This document shows positions 10,301 to 18,440 of a stretch of 41,235 nucleotides of DNA, one piece after another. Source of the stretch: a virus. Its lineage: Duplodnaviria > Caudoviricetes. A model generated the notes under the pieces. The model was not told the origin of the DNA. It searched no databases and saw only the letters and a list, made by a program, of their open reading frames with translations. Location of the stretch: IMG/VR virus record IMGVR_UViG_3300042465_002648, positions 1 through 41,235 of that record, one strand, 5' to 3'. Every line of letters starts with the position of its first letter. Position 1 is the first letter of the stretch. The position numbers were made by a program, and so were the translations under genes.

Positions 10301-13300
10301 CCTAACTGGTTTGCTGAGGAGCCATACACTGCCAGCGGTTATGCCGGTGCAGAAGGTACGATGTACCCTGTCTATCTGTCTATCAAAAAGCCATTGACGA
10401 TCACAAACTTTGATATGAATGATGATGCTAAAGCTGCTTATGCTATAGCTAGACAACTAGGCGTTGACATTCCTACTCTGTATCTTCCAAAAGATGCAAA
10501 AGCTTACAACGTAGTAAGCAGTCCACAGTTTGTTGAAGCTGCACAGAAGGCTGGCTATGACGGCATCAAAGTAAAGGAAGGTGACTACAACACCTACGCT
10601 GCTTTTGATCCTATACAGATTAAATCTGCTACCGGAAACACTGGCGAGTTCAGTCTTGAAAATCCAGAGATTGACCAGATGAAGATGCCTAAGTCTGTTG
10701 CTGAAGTAAAGCAAAAGGTTTCTACTGCCTTGCAAAAAAACAAGCCTCTGACTGCTGAGAATCTCCCCGGCCTGCCATCGCAGTTTGTTACTGCTTCTAA
10801 CAATGTATTCAAGCCACAGAGCCGAACGATTGTTGAAAAGATCACTGACATGCAGGATCGTTTCTGGCAGCGTCTGGCTCAGGGTATTGCTGACCAGTAC
10901 CGCACGATCAAAGACTACTCGCCTGTTGGCTATATGCAAGCTCGCCTGTCTAAGAGCGTGGACGGTGCACTTGAAGGCATCTTGTTTAATGGCCATGTCT
11001 TCAACGACGGTGGTGCTTTGAACATCAAGCCAAACACAAAGGGTTTGATTGAAGCTATGCAACCTCTGGGTAATGAGGTTGACCGCTACCAGATGTGGGT
11101 TGCGCTGAACCGCGAAGCTCGCCTGCCGGAAGAAAAGCGTTCACGTAACGATGACATGGATTACTTGGTAGCAAATCGTGCCAAGTTAGCTGAAGGAACT
11201 ATCGACGGCAAGTCAAGGCTTGATCTGTATAACTCTGTTCTTAAAGACATGAACGGAATTAACAAGTCAGTGCTTGATGTAGCTTTGGATCAGGGTCTGA
11301 TTGACAAGTTTAGCTACGACAACTTTGCTGGTGACATGTACTACATTCCTTTCTATCGTCAGATGGAAGAGGATGTTAAAGGTGGTAAGACTCCTTCCGG
11401 CTTGACTCGTCAGAACTTCTCCAAAGCTTTGAAGGGCGGAGGAGATCGTCCGTTTGGTGATCTTATGGAAAACACCCTGCGTAATTGGAGTCACATCCTG
11501 TCTGCGTCGATGAAGAACCAAGCTGCTGTTACGACAATTAGAGATGCTTCTAAGTTGGATGCTGTTGAGCCAAACCTCAAAGGCGGCATGGCTTGGAAAG
11601 ATGGCAAGGTTGTCTTTGAGAAAACAGGTGAACTTGTAGGTGATGGAAGTATCAAGCCAGAATATACAGAAGCTGGCAGTGATACAGTTTCTGTCAAGGA
11701 AAACGGTAAGCCCGTTCACTACATCATAAAAGATCCTTTGTTGCTTGAGTCCATTACTTCTATTGGATACTTGGGGCCACAGTCTAAGTTCTTAGATGTA
11801 TCTCGTGACTTTAAGAACATGTTGCAGTACGGCGTTACGATGTCTCCTGCTTTTAAGGCAAACAACTTGTTCCGTGACTCGGTGCAGGCTATGGCGGTTT
11901 CTGACGTAGAAAAAAATCCTTGGAATAACGTTGTACAAGGATGGAAAAATCTTGATAAAAATAATCCTGCACACATCTCCGCTCTGGCCGGTGGTGCTAT
12001 CTTTAACTTTGGTACAGCTTACGAGGGTAATCAGTCTAAGTTGATTAAGAGACTGATAGATAAAGGTGTAAAAGAATCTGACATCTTAGACACGCCAGCT
12101 AAGATTAAGTCTGGTTTATCTAAGCTGTTTGAGAAGTATGAAGAACTTGGTAACAAGTCTGAAGCTGCTAACCGCATGGCGCTGTATATACAATTGCGCG
12201 AGAAAGGTTTCTCTCACTTAGAAGCTTCTTTCCAAGCCCGTGACTTGATGGACTTCTCCATGCAAGGATCGTTCGGAGCTTTCCGTTACTTGACTCAGGT
12301 TGTACCGTTTATGAACGCCCGTATTCAAGGCTTGTACAAGCTGGGTCGTGATGGCATTCTTCCTACGAGCCGTGTGTTCTATAACTCAATGACTGGTAAA
12401 GAGATTGACCTTGACGATAAGAAGAAGGCTCAGGCTTTCTCTATCATTACAAGTGCAGTCTGCCTTGCTTCGCTTGCCCTGTACGGTGCATTCAAAGACG
12501 ACGAAGAGTTCCAGAAACGTAGTGACTGGGATCGGGATAACTTCTGGTGGATCCGTCTGCCCGGAATGGAAGCGGCTCTGCGTATTCCTAAGCCGTTTGA
12601 GATTGGTGCCCTTGGAACTATTGCTGAGCGCACAGCCGAGCAGATCTTTGATGCTGACTCAGAAGGTAAGCAGTTCACAAATGCTCTTAGCCGTATGATG
12701 TGGGACACCTTTGCGATGAACCCGCTGCCGCAGATCATCAAGCCTGTGGTTGATTTGTACTCCAACAAAGATAGCTTTACTGGTGCTCCTATCGAGACTG
12801 CCGGTATGGAAGCCTTGTCTAAAGCAGAGCGTAAAGCTGACACCACAAGCCCTTTGGCTATGGCCTTGGCTCCTGTATTGAACATAGCTTTGCCAGAAAA
12901 AGCAGAGTTAAGCCCAGTTCAGGTGGACTATGCTATTAAGGGCTACTTTGGCTGGCTGGGCGGAACAGTTGCTTCTACCTCTATGTACGCTGTCATGCCG
13001 TTTAAAGAGGGTGCGTACCCAGATACTCAGTGGATGGATAAGGCCAGCCTTGGATTTGTCAAGAGCTTGCCGTCCAACATGTCTCAGTACACGACTGCGT
13101 TCTATGAGAGCAATAAGCAAATCCAACAAGCTTTTGCCGACATGCGTCACTACGCTGAGATTGGTGAGATGGATAAAGTCGAACAGATTATGGAAGAGAA
13201 GGGTGACAAGATTGCTCTTCAAAAGCTGTACACCCATACCTCTAAGCAGATGGCCAACATCCGTAAGCAGATCTCTATCGTCACAAACGACAAGTCTATG

Positions 13301-13396
13301 GACGGAGCGACCAAGCGTGAGGAGATTGACCGCATGAAAGAGTTGATCTCTATGCTGGCCAAACAAGCTGAAGATACTAGGAAGTCTTACAACTAG
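7397..13396 (+). CDS. Large polyvalent ejection protein: zincin-like HExxH domain, ART-PolyVal-like ADP-ribosyltransferase domain, LPD38-like C-terminus
   Basis: HETLH at ~9775 followed by EFTAEA; FQKWFGNSKVVDENGNPLVVYHGT...YPVYL...GYDGI...QIKSATGN at ~10160-10670; RIPKPFEIG-type C-terminal region. Confidence 0.75.
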   Translation: MARVEQYAQWLIQNQDKKGTPDFETVASAYRSLRTAPAPQPTAPSRERTYGEAAKDIGAGVVSGIGSLVQLPGQLYGLATGDFSKTGALGAGEEISKFGEEMKSAGLKAREAERAKKVAESAKEGQFQAFGTALGETVKDPALLLSFIAEQAPQLLVPFGAARGVGMAARGLGAGEAAVGKAAVSGAVGAGGVQQGADVGAGAYENIYKELKSKGASDTEAAQGALTLARQAGAAAGTISLLAQRLPGARQLEEVLAGVPGKGAAGLGGRLRTAGSTAAGETLGEIPEEVGGKFVSNLAMQQVKPEQSLTEGLGEAAAMATIGGVGLGGAAGLARRPAAPEVAQTTPETTPFDVTKLPPEILTRIQEITGVAQPQQEQQPMLSAEEANRQRINMLQQKVDAESQAISTALPESPQEKAARAAAPPATQPSLNEQMPQATPLAELEAKQAEIDRLRLEAGLPTGASSKTPGVQPEQVVAEETPVPKIVDNRPLEERAANNRLLVMKNMLQNQGGDPNSLTIVPHPTAEGRFAIQSLDVPVKFTKNLPETAINKPESPVVIDPVNAYMEIARRTNTPASMRLVKDFEAGIVTREDVEAAIEAEKKAGMPLPLNYQGNGEPWFIAAPMGKPRGDRTLPVSATLTPTPEGPERPPVTKPATQVYGEMEPPAAGTSGRPPVVEPPPVEPPPVEIEPPVPTTGMPKNLLEFKLRMPIFSNNPEVRAANEQGNFAQLAETLAKSKNPAIRRIGELGRGVATKIKLKKPGNVGAGVAGVYRYADDSIQMAKAYAGDEHTNAHETLHGLISKAQRYPTERQKPIAEQIEKLYKHVKKELRRQGKDFYGLTNEREFTAEAMTNPEFQYELMQISYGGRRSAWTAFTRMVADLLGIQNVNALTEVMNLVDKLAQTKQPKGVKTDKGEVDYSQNPKFQKWFGNSKVVDENGNPLVVYHGTKAFDEYGDKEGEAIRQFAGFPNWFAEEPYTASGYAGAEGTMYPVYLSIKKPLTITNFDMNDDAKAAYAIARQLGVDIPTLYLPKDAKAYNVVSSPQFVEAAQKAGYDGIKVKEGDYNTYAAFDPIQIKSATGNTGEFSLENPEIDQMKMPKSVAEVKQKVSTALQKNKPLTAENLPGLPSQFVTASNNVFKPQSRTIVEKITDMQDRFWQRLAQGIADQYRTIKDYSPVGYMQARLSKSVDGALEGILFNGHVFNDGGALNIKPNTKGLIEAMQPLGNEVDRYQMWVALNREARLPEEKRSRNDDMDYLVANRAKLAEGTIDGKSRLDLYNSVLKDMNGINKSVLDVALDQGLIDKFSYDNFAGDMYYIPFYRQMEEDVKGGKTPSGLTRQNFSKALKGGGDRPFGDLMENTLRNWSHILSASMKNQAAVTTIRDASKLDAVEPNLKGGMAWKDGKVVFEKTGELVGDGSIKPEYTEAGSDTVSVKENGKPVHYIIKDPLLLESITSIGYLGPQSKFLDVSRDFKNMLQYGVTMSPAFKANNLFRDSVQAMAVSDVEKNPWNNVVQGWKNLDKNNPAHISALAGGAIFNFGTAYEGNQSKLIKRLIDKGVKESDILDTPAKIKSGLSKLFEKYEELGNKSEAANRMALYIQLREKGFSHLEASFQARDLMDFSMQGSFGAFRYLTQVVPFMNARIQGLYKLGRDGILPTSRVFYNSMTGKEIDLDDKKKAQAFSIITSAVCLASLALYGAFKDDEEFQKRSDWDRDNFWWIRLPGMEAALRIPKPFEIGALGTIAERTAEQIFDADSEGKQFTNALSRMMWDTFAMNPLPQIIKPVVDLYSNKDSFTGAPIETAGMEALSKAERKADTTSPLAMALAPVLNIALPEKAELSPVQVDYAIKGYFGWLGGTVASTSMYAVMPFKEGAYPDTQWMDKASLGFVKSLPSNMSQYTTAFYESNKQIQQAFADMRHYAEIGEMDKVEQIMEEKGDKIALQKLYTHTSKQMANIRKQISIVTNDKSMDGATKREEIDRMKELISMLAKQAEDTRKSYN

Positions 13397-13415
13397 AAAT
13401 GATTAATCATTTCTA
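13394..13415. promoter_or_regulatory. Perfect 22-bp palindrome TAGAAATGATTAATCATTTCTA (member of an operator-like family)
   Basis: Exact inverted repeat spanning both convergent stop codons; five related copies elsewhere. Confidence 0.7.
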
Positions 13416-13673
13416 CGATTCTAGTAGGCGCTCTATTGTGACAGCTAGAGCGTCTAACTCATCCATCTTTTTGATAGCCCACATGCGTTTCTGCCCGTGC
13501 CAGCCCATGATTGGGCCTTGGTGACAGTCAGTACATAGGGCCACCACCGTGTACTGCTGATGTTGTTTAACGTGATGGGCGGCGCTAGGTGGAGGGGCAT
13601 CACAGACAGAGCAAGGTAGTTCCTTGACCCTGCCTATGTGAAGCCTATGTTTGGCGGTTAGTTTATTGTTCAC
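13413..13673 (-). CDS. Ref/DUF968-like HNH-type Zn-binding nuclease
   Basis: CxxC...HH...LCxxCH pattern. Confidence 0.6.
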   Translation of the reverse strand: MNNKLTAKHRLHIGRVKELPCSVCDAPPPSAAHHVKQHQQYTVVALCTDCHQGPIMGWHGQKRMWAIKKMDELDALAVTIERLLES

Positions 13674-13881
13674 CAGAGACCCTGTGCTCTAGCATTGCGT
13701 CTGCTATAAGGTAGGAGAATCTTACTACTCCATACATACCAGCAGGATCTTCTTGGGAAAGCTGTGCTTGCATTGCTTGGATAGCTATGTAGTCTCTAAG
13801 AGACATACCCTCATCAAAGGGTGCGCCGTGGCCAGTGTTGTGTATTGGGAAGGCCATCTTCCCACCATAAATTTCGCTCAT
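13663..13881 (-). CDS. Conserved small phage protein (GMSLRDYxA motif)
   Basis: AFP...GMSLRDYIA...ADAML motif common in proteobacterial phages. Confidence 0.65.
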   Translation of the reverse strand: MSEIYGGKMAFPIHNTGHGAPFDEGMSLRDYIAIQAMQAQLSQEDPAGMYGVVRFSYLIADAMLEHRVSGEQ

Positions 13882-14072
13882 CTTTCCATCCTTTCTAACA
13901 TCATCTCTTCCGCTTGGTCATAAGCCATGCGAGCGTTCTCTTGCATGTCCTCTCCGCCCGCCAAGCCCATAAGGACAAAGGCTGCGAAAAAGTCAAGCAT
14001 GTTGATCTTGTCCAGAGATATAGGCTCTAGCTGAACAAGACTCTTCACACCTTCAGGTTTTTTTCTTGCCAT
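13878..14072 (-). CDS. Hypothetical protein, distant relative of the GMSLRD family
   Basis: LDFFAAFVL...AYDQAEEMM resembles the neighbouring gene; ATG start chosen at 14072. Confidence 0.55.
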   Translation of the reverse strand: MARKKPEGVKSLVQLEPISLDKINMLDFFAAFVLMGLAGGEDMQENARMAYDQAEEMMLERMER

Positions 14073-14373
14073 TTGATTTACTCTTTGTGTTCTGAGAAAC
14101 AATCATCTCTGAAAGTTTCTCGGCCAACAGATCGGCAACAGTGTCACCGTTGTACGCAAGGCTCATAGCAAGTTCGTCTTCACTAATAACAGAGATTGCG
14201 TCGCGGATACCTTTGTTGTATCCACCATTGAACTCGTCATCGCCTTCGACGATCATCGTAATAGCATCACGCACGAGGGCGGAAGCCTTGCGCTGACCAG
14301 CGGCCAGCTTTAGTTTGTCGTACACCTCTCGCTTAAGATGTACTGAGTAAGGTACTAAACGGTTATCTTCCAT
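14053..14373 (-). CDS. Putative ribbon-helix-helix DNA-binding protein
   Basis: YSVHL..EVYDKLK.....SALVRDAI pattern. Confidence 0.5.
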   Translation of the reverse strand: MEDNRLVPYSVHLKREVYDKLKLAAGQRKASALVRDAITMIVEGDDEFNGGYNKGIRDAISVISEDELAMSLAYNGDTVADLLAEKLSEMIVSQNTKSKSNGKKKT

Positions 14374-14774
14374 GCTGAAAACTCCTGTGTTATGCCACGT
14401 AACTTTTCTTGAGCACGGGCACTGTCTTTTATTTCTGTTCGGGATTTAATGTCCAAGTACTCTTTCATCCAGTTGGTTGCTTCTTCCTCGTTAGAGATAA
14501 AGATGTGGCCACCGTCGTATAAGAACTTGTGAAACTGGGCATCTCTACAGAGCATCCCAGCAGTACGAACGCCATCGTTAGAGTGTTCCTGATCTCTATT
14601 CATTGGACGTTCTTCGTTATTAAGTCGCACCATAACTACTTGGTATCGAGCGCCAACAAAGTCGCGCAGGATTTCCTCGGGCAAGTCGTCTGGGTGTATT
14701 GAGAGTGTCAATACAAACCCAGTCTTATCTTGCTTAAGAGCTACCTTGACGCTTTCAAACTGGCTTGTTTGCAT
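14355..14774 (-). CDS. Hypothetical phage protein
   Basis: Intact ORF coupled within the operon. Confidence 0.65.
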   Translation of the reverse strand: MQTSQFESVKVALKQDKTGFVLTLSIHPDDLPEEILRDFVGARYQVVMVRLNNEERPMNRDQEHSNDGVRTAGMLCRDAQFHKFLYDGGHIFISNEEEATNWMKEYLDIKSRTEIKDSARAQEKLRGITQEFSAWKITV

Positions 14775-15064
14775 CAGAAGGGAATGTCTTCGTCGTCTAC
14801 TGGAAGCTTGTTCTGCACGGGTGCATTAGCTTTCTTGTAGTTGTTAACTTTGATGCTGAAGAACTTTCCGTACTGTCCTTCTTTGATCCAAGCACCAAGC
14901 TTCATGTTGATAGAGTCAGCGCCCTCTTGACGGGCATCTTCCAACATCTCTTTGATGAGAGAGATGTCAACATCAATACTTCCAGTGTAGTCTGGCGAGT
15001 TGGGGTTGATCTTAGGCTGCTTAGCTTTGCCGAGCATGCCTGAGTTTGGGTATTTCGTAGCCAT
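14774..15064 (-). CDS. Single-stranded DNA-binding protein-like
   Basis: PDYTG...WIK...FFSI core and acidic DDEDIPF tail; next to ERF. Confidence 0.65.
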   Translation of the reverse strand: MATKYPNSGMLGKAKQPKINPNSPDYTGSIDVDISLIKEMLEDARQEGADSINMKLGAWIKEGQYGKFFSIKVNNYKKANAPVQNKLPVDDEDIPF

Positions 15065-15066
15065 AA

Positions 15067-15750
15067 TTATCCTTTCAGTTCTTCTTTACGGGTTTTGAAT
15101 GCGCCCATGAGCGCGGTATATCTATCAACGTCTTCTAACTTCAGACGATCAAAGATAATTCTGTTGTTGGTAAACAGCTTCATGACTTCAGCTTCGTTAT
15201 GGGTTTCTGCTAGTCCCATGTTGGTGATGTCTACTACTGCTGTTACCCAAGAAACGCTTGAATCTCCGGGTTCCTTATCAACGGTGAGGTGCCAAGACTT
15301 ATCGTCACGGCCTTCCATCTTCAAAGGAACTGGTGTCTTCTTAACTGGCTCAGGCTTGGGTTCTGGCTTAGGCTCAGCGGCTGGAGCGGCATCAATGATG
15401 TCATGTTCCACAATTTCTAAAGCGGCCATCCAAAGATAGCGACGTTGATACGAAAGTACAGCGCCCAAATTTTGGATCGGGTGAGCACCCTTCAGGTTAG
15501 CCTCGGCCATAGGAGAGGTCACAACGATCTGTGAGCCGTCTTCTGTGTCGGTGATACACAGGGTAGCGTGAGTAGCATCAAACGACACCACGCCACACAG
15601 TCCAATATCATTAAAGATTGTTTGGATGTGAGGGATGAAGTCACCCAACTCAAAGTATGAGTAGCCTGCAAACTTATTGAGGCCAGACTTCTTCATCTCT
15701 GTACCTTGAAGCTTTACCCTAGCTTGCATTAGTTTTTTATGGACTGACAT
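15067..15750 (-). CDS. erf: ERF-family single-strand annealing protein
   Basis: KKSGLNKFAGYSYFEL and QNLGAVLSYQRRY motifs. Confidence 0.85.
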   Translation of the reverse strand: MSVHKKLMQARVKLQGTEMKKSGLNKFAGYSYFELGDFIPHIQTIFNDIGLCGVVSFDATHATLCITDTEDGSQIVVTSPMAEANLKGAHPIQNLGAVLSYQRRYLWMAALEIVEHDIIDAAPAAEPKPEPKPEPVKKTPVPLKMEGRDDKSWHLTVDKEPGDSSVSWVTAVVDITNMGLAETHNEAEVMKLFTNNRIIFDRLKLEDVDRYTALMGAFKTRKEELKG

Positions 15751-16227
15751 TTAATTACCTTTTTTAAAATATGTTCTCATTACATCTTGGTAGTCAAAGA
15801 ATTCTTTGAAACAGTCCTCAATAGCGACTGTCTCAATACTTACTCCTTCGACCTCACCTTTGTATGTAAATACTGTTTTTGGAACTCTGGTTTGTTTCAA
15901 CACAAAATCCGCACCTCTTTGTGTAGGTCTCCAATAGCCAGAGTGCTTCTTCTTCTCATCCTCTTTATTGGCTCTACGTTCTACAAGATCCCACCACCGA
16001 AGTGTTGGAAGTTGATTGGTTCTAACAACCCATTGAGGGCCGGTGACAGGGACGTTAACCCAGCCTTCGTCATCACTGTTAGAACTACACAGCCAGATCA
16101 AAGACTTGGCCATTGATTTATTAATACTACGTGGATAGACCTTACCCCAGCGATCACACACTGGGCAGTGTCCACCGTCATGTTCAATAACATGTCTCCA
16201 TGCTTTTCTGAGTTCTGATTTATCCAT
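15751..16227 (-). CDS. Hypothetical Zn-ribbon/winged-helix-like protein
   Basis: CPVC near the N-terminus; LRWWDLVE...GYWRPT..G pattern. Confidence 0.6.
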   Translation of the reverse strand: MDKSELRKAWRHVIEHDGGHCPVCDRWGKVYPRSINKSMAKSLIWLCSSNSDDEGWVNVPVTGPQWVVRTNQLPTLRWWDLVERRANKEDEKKKHSGYWRPTQRGADFVLKQTRVPKTVFTYKGEVEGVSIETVAIEDCFKEFFDYQDVMRTYFKKGN

Positions 16228-16235
16228 GATTCACC

Positions 16236-16475
16236 TCACTTTTTAAGTGGACGACCGGGGCGTTTGCGTGGAGTACCGTCTTTCTTTAGACCGTACTTGT
16301 ATGTCTGTGCGGGCGCAACAGTTACTGTGTTAGCAGGCATCTGTTGCTGAGAGACAGCGATCTCATGGTCAATGTAGTGGATCAATTGATTCACTTGCTT
16401 GAATGGCATCTCAATCAAAGCACGGATAATTAATTCTGCGCTTGCTTGTGTGAGGGATAGTTGAACTGGTTTCAT
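16236..16475 (-). CDS. Small protein with a C-terminal AT-hook-like motif
   Basis: ATGA overlap with the upstream gene; ends PRKRPGRPLKK. Confidence 0.6.
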   Translation of the reverse strand: MKPVQLSLTQASAELIIRALIEMPFKQVNQLIHYIDHEIAVSQQQMPANTVTVAPAQTYKYGLKKDGTPRKRPGRPLKK

Positions 16476-17368
16476 GGCATTTCCTTTAGGTAGTTTTGGT
16501 ATTGGGTACAGAACGGTGAGACTTGGCAGTAGCTGCGGCATCTTGTCCTTTCACCCTGTCTTACTTCGATTGCAAACTTCTCATTCTTCTTGGCTGTCTC
16601 TTCGGATTTAGCCAATGCTTTCTCGGCATCCTCAAGTGTCTCGTGAACACTCTTAGCCCTAACGTTCCCGTCCTTCTTTAAGGCATAGGATGTTTTCTTC
16701 TCCCACATTTCTTCGGGTGTGCAGTCTGGCATCTCGCCATCTGTCTCCATCTCAAAGAGTGCTGTGCCGTGGTCATAGATTCGTTTCGTGATGAACGCTT
16801 CACGCTCTTCAAATGTCCACAGTGGAATATCAATCGTAGCTACTGGTGACTGAGGGTATCCTTCTTTAGATGCGGCATCGCGGGCAGACCAGTCACGAAT
16901 GATGGCAATGATCTGAAGCTTACCGACTGGTACCTTCTTAACCTTCTCCACCATCCATCCGTAGATGTTGAGTTGGCGGTGCCAGTCATCCTTCTCATTC
17001 ATTACTGCCCATGCGCCAGTAACTTTGTAATCACTGACAGTCATCGTTCCATTAGGCTCTAGCTCTTGTAAGTCAATCGCACCAGAGATATGCCATCCTT
17101 CATACTCAAGGTGGAGTCTCTCTTCAACGATGTGGTTCTTATCTTTGCCGTGCTCCAAGATATTATGAACAGCAGAACCGAACAGTGACCAGACCATCTC
17201 GCTTGCGTCTTGCTCAATGTCATCCCAGTGTTTCTTTTTCAACTGAACAATACGTGGTGAGTTGATGATCTCAGTAGCAGAGATGTGTGCCTTACCTTTG
17301 GAGTACGTTGGCCGATGAATAACATTGACAAACGTCTGAGGTAGGTTGAACTTGTTTGTGAACTTCAT
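16472..17368 (-). CDS. PD-(D/E)XK exonuclease, Cas4-like phage recombination nuclease
   Basis: GSAVH, E-rich motif, SGAID...DYK, QLNIY; C-terminal C...CxxYCxxxxxC cluster. Confidence 0.8.
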   Translation of the reverse strand: MKFTNKFNLPQTFVNVIHRPTYSKGKAHISATEIINSPRIVQLKKKHWDDIEQDASEMVWSLFGSAVHNILEHGKDKNHIVEERLHLEYEGWHISGAIDLQELEPNGTMTVSDYKVTGAWAVMNEKDDWHRQLNIYGWMVEKVKKVPVGKLQIIAIIRDWSARDAASKEGYPQSPVATIDIPLWTFEEREAFITKRIYDHGTALFEMETDGEMPDCTPEEMWEKKTSYALKKDGNVRAKSVHETLEDAEKALAKSEETAKKNEKFAIEVRQGERTRCRSYCQVSPFCTQYQNYLKEMP

Positions 17369-17847
17369 GGTTGACTCCTGTCGGCAATTTGCTGAAGCTC
17401 GCGCTTCTCAATGCTTAGCATTCCGGCCAGCTTTGAGATTTTTGCTTGAGCATCTGCGTTTTTCTTACGGCCATCATCTGTCAGTAACTCAGTCTTGGTA
17501 AAGCTCACGCCCATAGCCATGCGCTTCATCTCTCGACCGATTGCTTTAACACCTGCATCAACGGCGTGTTGAGTTTGTGACTCAGGCTCAATGATGATGT
17601 AGTTGCCTGCATGGTCACTGACCATCAGCATGCAATGGGCTGTCAACAGAATGTCTTTGATCTCTGTAATGCAACGAAGCACTTCAAGGTCATACCTGCG
17701 AACATCGTCAATGTCTACTGGCTTTGGCACATCACACAGTTCGGAAATGTAACTGCGCTTGAGTACGCTTCCGTATGTAAGGCCGCTGTCCAATAAAGTT
17801 TTAACTGCCTGCTTCCAAGCGGGGAATAGTTTTGGATTGTCGCTCAT
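17365..17847 (-). CDS. Hypothetical accessory protein coupled to the RAMP-like gene
   Basis: ATGA overlaps on both sides; 160 aa with a helical C-terminus. Confidence 0.7.
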   Translation of the reverse strand: MSDNPKLFPAWKQAVKTLLDSGLTYGSVLKRSYISELCDVPKPVDIDDVRRYDLEVLRCITEIKDILLTAHCMLMVSDHAGNYIIIEPESQTQHAVDAGVKAIGREMKRMAMGVSFTKTELLTDDGRKKNADAQAKISKLAGMLSIEKRELQQIADRSQP

Positions 17848-18413
17848 GCAAACTCCACATTGAAACGGCCAAAGCGGGGACGGTAATCACCCAAGCCAAT
17901 CAAATTGCCAGCGTCAACCAAAGCTTTCTTAACTTCATTGAGGTTAACTACATCTTCATTCACCATCACCGTGGCAGACAGTGACCAGTTTCGAAAGATG
18001 GGGCGGTATCGCATGATCTTGGCCATGCCTACCTTAACGCCACGAGCATCCACGTTCTTTGGGTTTTCCCAAAGCTTCTCTGGAGTGACGGACTTAAAGC
18101 CGTCGATGGGTAACTCGTCTTCCAATACCTGTACGCCTTGCTTAAATTTAACGCCAAGCTTCTGAAGCTTAGCCGCCGCGATCAAGCATGAGTCTAAGTT
18201 TTGTGCAGGAATAAAGAAGCCAGTGTCTTCATTCCAGTAGCAGCCACCAATGAATTCACTTCTAGCAATGGCGATATGGTCATCGTCAGTTTTCTTGCGC
18301 TTGCCTGTCAGTTCTTTGTGAGCCTTGGTCAGTGGGTCTAACGGGTTCGCAAAGCGATCAGAGTGCATGAGTAAAGCAGATGAGCCTGAGAGTTTTACTT
18401 TAATAGATTTCAT
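17844..18413 (-). CDS. Solitary RAMP/Cas7-like RNA-binding protein (Vipr-like), 189 aa
   Basis: N-terminal beta strand plus ALLMH, FFIPAQNLDSCL helix, RYRPIF.W strand, C-terminal G-rich loop GLGDYRPRFGRF; AAAGGAAAC RBS before ATG at 18413. Confidence 0.75.
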   Translation of the reverse strand: MKSIKVKLSGSSALLMHSDRFANPLDPLTKAHKELTGKRKKTDDDHIAIARSEFIGGCYWNEDTGFFIPAQNLDSCLIAAAKLQKLGVKFKQGVQVLEDELPIDGFKSVTPEKLWENPKNVDARGVKVGMAKIMRYRPIFRNWSLSATVMVNEDVVNLNEVKKALVDAGNLIGLGDYRPRFGRFNVEFA

Positions 18414-18440
18414 TTTGTTTCCTTTGATTGATACACACTT

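Noticed and set aside
474-13366. Many antisense and alternate-frame ORFs inside the ejection genes
   Set aside because: Shadows of long coding frames with biased codon use; no RBS or recognisable motifs.
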